Both the position numbers and the translations under genes were made by a program. Of a DNA stretch of 30,206 nt, positions 26,385 to 30,206 are shown in pieces. This stretch comes from Candidatus Hydrogenedentota bacterium (GTDB lineage Bacteria > Hydrogenedentota > Hydrogenedentia > Hydrogenedentales > SLHB01), in NCBI GenBank assembly GCA_034408725.1, contig JAWXCN010000275.1, positions 1 through 30,206 of the forward strand, read 5' to 3'. The notes beneath the pieces were generated by a model. That model did not search any database and was not told the origin of the DNA. It saw nothing but the letters and a program-made list of their open reading frames with translations. The stretch's first letter is position 1, and every line of letters starts with the position of its first letter.

Positions 26385-27962
26385 ATGCTGCAACCTGTGT
26401 TTCAGAATCCGTGGGTGCGCGCCGTCGGAGCGTTGCTGGCCATCGCGGCCGTCATCATGTTGGCGTATATCCTTCGGCCGGTGCTGGTGCCCCTTTTTCT
26501 GGCGCTCACAGTGGCATACGTGTTGGACCCCGTTGTGGACTTCTTCGAGGCCAAACGAATTCCACGAATGCTGACCATACTTTGTTTGGGGGTCATCGCG
26601 AGCATCATCGCGCTTAGCATTCCGCTGGTGATCATACCTTCGGTCTATCAGCAGGCAACGGGCCTGATCGCGTCTGGCAAAGGGATGCCGCAATTCTCGT
26701 CGATCGATGTCAGCCGCGACGGGTTTCTATCGCGTGGAGAGCTGGCGATTACCGGCATCGCTATCGATGAGGCCGCGTTTTCTGCCAATGACGCGGACGC
26801 GGATAATGTTTTAAGCGCGGAAGAGGCCGCCCCGTTGTTAGGCCGGGATGGAGGACGTGGCGAGGCCTTGCTCGATTGGTTGTTGGACCGGCTCCCAGTG
26901 AACGCCATGGTGCGGATGTTGAATCTTGATAAAGCGAGAGACGCTGGCGCGCCCGCCGTACTTGCGCAACCGGAACAACCCATTGAAAGCGCCGCTCCGG
27001 CCGAAGAAGCGGCTGAGCCAAGTGCGCCTTCTGAAGCGACCGCGCCGGCTATGCCTGGCGAAGTGGAGACCGAATCGGAAACGGAACCGGAAGCCGCGCC
27101 GGAGATCGCTGCAACGCCAGTTCCAGAGGACGACATTGATGCGCGCGCGTTGTTGGCCGAATACATCGGAACCAACGTGCGCGATTTCGCGGTACAGTTT
27201 GCCAAGACACATGCTGGCAGTCTTGCATCGTTTGGACAACAGGCCGGCATGAACGTGTTCGGTTTTATCCGGTCGCTCGGACAGGCACTGCTGAACGTTG
27301 TATTGTTTCTGGCGAACTTCGCGTTGTTCGCAGTCGTGGCGGGCTATTTGCTCAAGGGTTTCGATCCACTGAAAGCGAATGCGAGGAAGCTCATTCCCCC
27401 CCGCTATGCGCCGAAAACGCTGGCCATCCTTGGGGACATTGACGATCAACTCCGGAGCTTTCTGCGCGGGCAAATGACCGTGTGCATGTGCCTCTCGTTG
27501 TTTTACACCATCGGGTTCTTGATTTTTGGCGTGCCTTTCGCAATACCGATTGGCGCATTCGCGCTGGTAGTCAGTTTCATTCCATTCGTCGGTGTTTTTG
27601 TGATTGCGGTTATCGCGATTCTATTGACGCTGCTTCAATATGGCATCGACTATCACATATTCGGGGTCATATTCTGGGTTATTTTGGCGCAGTTCCTCGA
27701 AGGGAATTTTCTGACACCGAAAATCGTGGGAGACAAGGTTGGCTTAAACCCGGTCTGGGTCATTTTGGCCATCATGGTCTTCGGCAACTTTTTGGGATTT
27801 TTGGGGCTGCTGTTGGCCGTGCCCATCGCGGCAGCGCTGAAAGTGCTAGTCGTGGAAGGAGTCGCGTACTACAAGGCGTCGCCGCTTTTTGAAGGTGTCG
27901 AACCCGAGGACGATTCCGAGCCGCCCGCCGATGCCGCGCCACGCCGCAAAAAGCGCCGGTAA
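26385..27962 (+). CDS. AI-2E (PerM/TqsA) family transporter with inserted EF-hand pair and acidic linker
   Basis: PLFLALTVAYVLDPVVD, FLRGQ, FIPFVG, QFLEGNFLTPKIVGDKVGLNP, GFLGLLLAVP; GAGGAG ends at 26375 so ATG 26385 (or TTG 26382) fits RBS spacing better than 26376. Confidence 0.92.
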   Translation: MLQPVFQNPWVRAVGALLAIAAVIMLAYILRPVLVPLFLALTVAYVLDPVVDFFEAKRIPRMLTILCLGVIASIIALSIPLVIIPSVYQQATGLIASGKGMPQFSSIDVSRDGFLSRGELAITGIAIDEAAFSANDADADNVLSAEEAAPLLGRDGGRGEALLDWLLDRLPVNAMVRMLNLDKARDAGAPAVLAQPEQPIESAAPAEEAAEPSAPSEATAPAMPGEVETESETEPEAAPEIAATPVPEDDIDARALLAEYIGTNVRDFAVQFAKTHAGSLASFGQQAGMNVFGFIRSLGQALLNVVLFLANFALFAVVAGYLLKGFDPLKANARKLIPPRYAPKTLAILGDIDDQLRSFLRGQMTVCMCLSLFYTIGFLIFGVPFAIPIGAFALVVSFIPFVGVFVIAVIAILLTLLQYGIDYHIFGVIFWVILAQFLEGNFLTPKIVGDKVGLNPVWVILAIMVFGNFLGFLGLLLAVPIAAALKVLVVEGVAYYKASPLFEGVEPEDDSEPPADAAPRRKKRR

Positions 27963-28780
27963 GCGGTGTCGCCTACACCGAAGAGCGCGTAAGATGCGGC
28001 GATGGGAAACAGTACGAGTGCGGGGTCGCGCCGTTGGGCGAGGTCGAACACGGCGATTGCCACAGCGCATACCACGAGGAACCGGAACCCAAGCCGGGGC
28101 GCAAGCAATAGACTTTTCATCTTGTTCTTCGGATATTCCACCGAGCTGACCATCAATATGGCGAGCGCGAACGTCGGCGGACCAAAGACCCAGAAGCTGG
28201 CTTTGAACCCGGTCGAGATGGTGAACAGCGCGAACGACGCGACGGTCGCGGCGGCGGCTGGGCTTGGCAATCCAATAAAGTATTCGCGCATCTCTGATTG
28301 AAAGACGTTGAAGCGCGCCAGACGCAACGCTGCGCAGATCGCGTAGATGATGGCGATAAACGCACCCGCGCGAACGACGTAGTTTTGCTCGCCGGGCAGG
28401 AACATCGTGTAGACCAGTACGGCGGGCGCAACGCCAAATGACACGACATCGCAGAGGCTATCGAGTTGTTTGCCGAACTCAGAGACGCTCTTTGTCATGC
28501 GCGCGACCGCGCCGTCAAGCGTATCCACTACCATTGCCGCGAGAATCAAATAGGCGGCCTTCTGGAAGTGTCCTGCCTGCGCGGCGGCATTTGCCGTTGA
28601 CATGCTTCCCTCAATCGCCGCAAATACACTCGCCAAACCGCAATAAAGATTAAGCGTCGTAATTCCGCTCGCGAGCACGTTGATCGGCCGCCGGCTGTTC
28701 ATGATTTGGCGCCGGCGCACATTGGCCATTTTCAGGCCTCGCCCGAGATTCGGGCGTTTTAGTGGTCGTTTGTCGGGCAT
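27869..28780 (-). CDS. pssA: CDP-diacylglycerol--serine O-phosphatidyltransferase
   Basis: CDP-alcohol phosphotransferase motif DTLDGAVARMTKSVSEFGKQLDSLCD, RLARFN, FIGLPSP; downstream of psd; start could be a later ATG. Confidence 0.93.
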   Translation of the reverse strand: MPDKRPLKRPNLGRGLKMANVRRRQIMNSRRPINVLASGITTLNLYCGLASVFAAIEGSMSTANAAAQAGHFQKAAYLILAAMVVDTLDGAVARMTKSVSEFGKQLDSLCDVVSFGVAPAVLVYTMFLPGEQNYVVRAGAFIAIIYAICAALRLARFNVFQSEMREYFIGLPSPAAAATVASFALFTISTGFKASFWVFGPPTFALAILMVSSVEYPKNKMKSLLLAPRLGFRFLVVCAVAIAVFDLAQRRDPALVLFPIAASYALFGVGDTAYRRFLRRGAASAGGSESSSGSTPSKSGDAL

Positions 28781-28792
28781 CGTGTTACTACT

Positions 28793-29449
28793 CTATTGAA
28801 AGCGAGCGACAACTGATTCGCCGCCTTTGACGATCTCTTTAAGTGTAACACATATTTCGGCGTCCATTGGCAGGTATAACTCGGTGCGGGAACCGAACTT
28901 AATCATGCCGAACTTCTCACCTTTGGCGAGAATCTCCCCCACTTCGGCCTTGCAGATGATGCGGCGCGCTATAAGGCCGGAAATTTGGCGAACCGTCATG
29001 GGGCCACTATCTGTCTGCATGCGAATCGTGTTGGCTTCGTTGAGGTCTGACGTATTTGAACCCATCGCGTTTAGAAATTTGCCCGGTTTGTAGGTAATTG
29101 ATTTGACTATGCCGTCGAATGGCGAGCGATTGATGTGAACGTTGAACACGGATAAAAAGACCGAGACACGTTTGCAGGGGCCGTCGTAGTGCGGTGTCGA
29201 GAGCATGTCTTCTATTCCAACGACTGTGCCATCGGCGGGTGAGACCACGGACTTCGGGTCGTTCGGAACGGCCCTGTTCGGGTCGCGGAAAAAGTACATA
29301 GTGAAAATCGCGAGGGCAAAGCAGACTGCACCCAACAGCATCAGGGACCAGTGAAGCATGCTACCGAACAGCATTAGACCGATTGCGGGAACAAGGAATG
29401 CCGCGATATGAAACAGGCCTTCATCGCGTGCCTTAAAAATGGCCTTCAC
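28793..29449 (-). CDS. psd: Phosphatidylserine decarboxylase proenzyme
   Basis: FFRDP, SPADG, FLSVFNVHINRSP, GLIARRI, KFGSRT autocleavage motif; GTG 29449 overlaps radC stop (GTGA), AAGGA RBS. Confidence 0.94.
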   Translation of the reverse strand: MKAIFKARDEGLFHIAAFLVPAIGLMLFGSMLHWSLMLLGAVCFALAIFTMYFFRDPNRAVPNDPKSVVSPADGTVVGIEDMLSTPHYDGPCKRVSVFLSVFNVHINRSPFDGIVKSITYKPGKFLNAMGSNTSDLNEANTIRMQTDSGPMTVRQISGLIARRIICKAEVGEILAKGEKFGMIKFGSRTELYLPMDAEICVTLKEIVKGGESVVARFQ

Positions 29450-30141
29450 ATCATATTCCTTTCTTTCAAACTCACGAATCGGCCATCGCCGAAGACGACG
29501 TGGTCGAGCAGCGCGATGCCGACTAACTCGCCGGATTCCACAAGGCGTTTCGTGAGGGCGATATCGGCGCGGCTGGGTTCGGGGTCGCCGCTGGGATGGT
29601 TGTGGCAAACGATGATCGAGACAGCGCCATCGCGCACTGCCTGGCGAAATACTTCGCGCGGCAACGCGACGGTTGCGTCGAGCCCGCCTTGTGACACGTC
29701 GTACATTTTAATTACTTCATTTTTCGCGTTCAGCAAGATCGCTTTGAATATTTCTACTTCGCAATCCTTGAAACGGGTCATGAGAAGTTTGGCGACGTCT
29801 TCCGCGCAGGAAATCTTGTCGCGTTGTTCGGAGCGGTGGTCAGCAAGCCGTTTGCCGAGTTCCAGCGCCGCTTTGATTTCGATGGCTTTGACTTCGCCGA
29901 GTCCTTTCACTTCCATGAGTTCCTCGATCGATGCTCTCGCAACGCCGCGCAGATTCTTGAATTTTGCGATAACACCCTCAGCGAGCGCGACCGCTCCAAC
30001 TTCACGCGTGCCGGAGCGAAACAGGACCGCGATGAGCTCGGCGTCTTTGAGGGCTTCGGGGCCAAGTTTGACGAGGCGTTCGCGCGGGCGTTCCTCCGGC
30101 GGGAGCTCGCGGACCGCGGTGGAGAAGTAGGGCTTTTCCAT
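29446..30141 (-). CDS. radC: RadC (UPF0758) JAB-domain protein
   Basis: ERPRERL...ELIAVLFRSG, HhH VKGLGEVKA, JAMM motif HNHPSGDPEPSRAD, LLDHVV; GAGGA RBS before ATG 30141. Confidence 0.95.
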   Translation of the reverse strand: MEKPYFSTAVRELPPEERPRERLVKLGPEALKDAELIAVLFRSGTREVGAVALAEGVIAKFKNLRGVARASIEELMEVKGLGEVKAIEIKAALELGKRLADHRSEQRDKISCAEDVAKLLMTRFKDCEVEIFKAILLNAKNEVIKMYDVSQGGLDATVALPREVFRQAVRDGAVSIIVCHNHPSGDPEPSRADIALTKRLVESGELVGIALLDHVVFGDGRFVSLKERNMM

Positions 30142-30206
30142 GCTGGATCGTTCCTCGCAGGTTTCTGATTTCCGAAGGAAAAAGACGTTACCGAGCCGCA
30201 CTCGAA

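Noticed and set aside
29446-30141. radC as a marker of a mobile element
   Set aside because: Full-length chromosomal form with N-terminal and HhH regions, coupled to housekeeping genes
1-30206. CRISPR arrays, tandem repeats, IS elements, rRNA
   Set aside because: None seen; low-complexity stretches are Pro/Ala/Glu-rich protein linkers

Overview
A 30.2 kb, gene-dense, moderately GC-rich bacterial core-chromosome segment; I saw no CRISPR array, IS element, integrase or prophage. Left to right: the 3' end of a Tro/Mnt-type Mn/Fe/Zn ABC operon (ATPase, permease fused to a DtxR/MntR-like domain, second permease); a DegP/HtrA-type protease with four PDZ domains plus an apparently catalytically dead trypsin-like partner; rpmB; a lipoprotein and rlmN; a minus-strand run recA > AsmA-like > conserved hypothetical > SPOR protein > panE > DUF374 acyltransferase; tRNA-Gly(CCC); an AT-rich intergenic region holding a strong XerCD dif-like site (16079-16106), which suggests the window spans the replication terminus; yggS-pheS-pheT-zapB-like-zapA; an ABC ATPase/permease/TPR module resembling PilHIG/XapABD; a CNNM/hemolysin-family protein; an AI-2E (PerM) transporter with an inserted EF-hand pair; and radC-psd-pssA. 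The long-insert L28 and the permease-repressor fusion suggest a diderm lineage sharing traits with PVC bacteria (inference only). All calls come from motif recognition by eye; no database searches were run.
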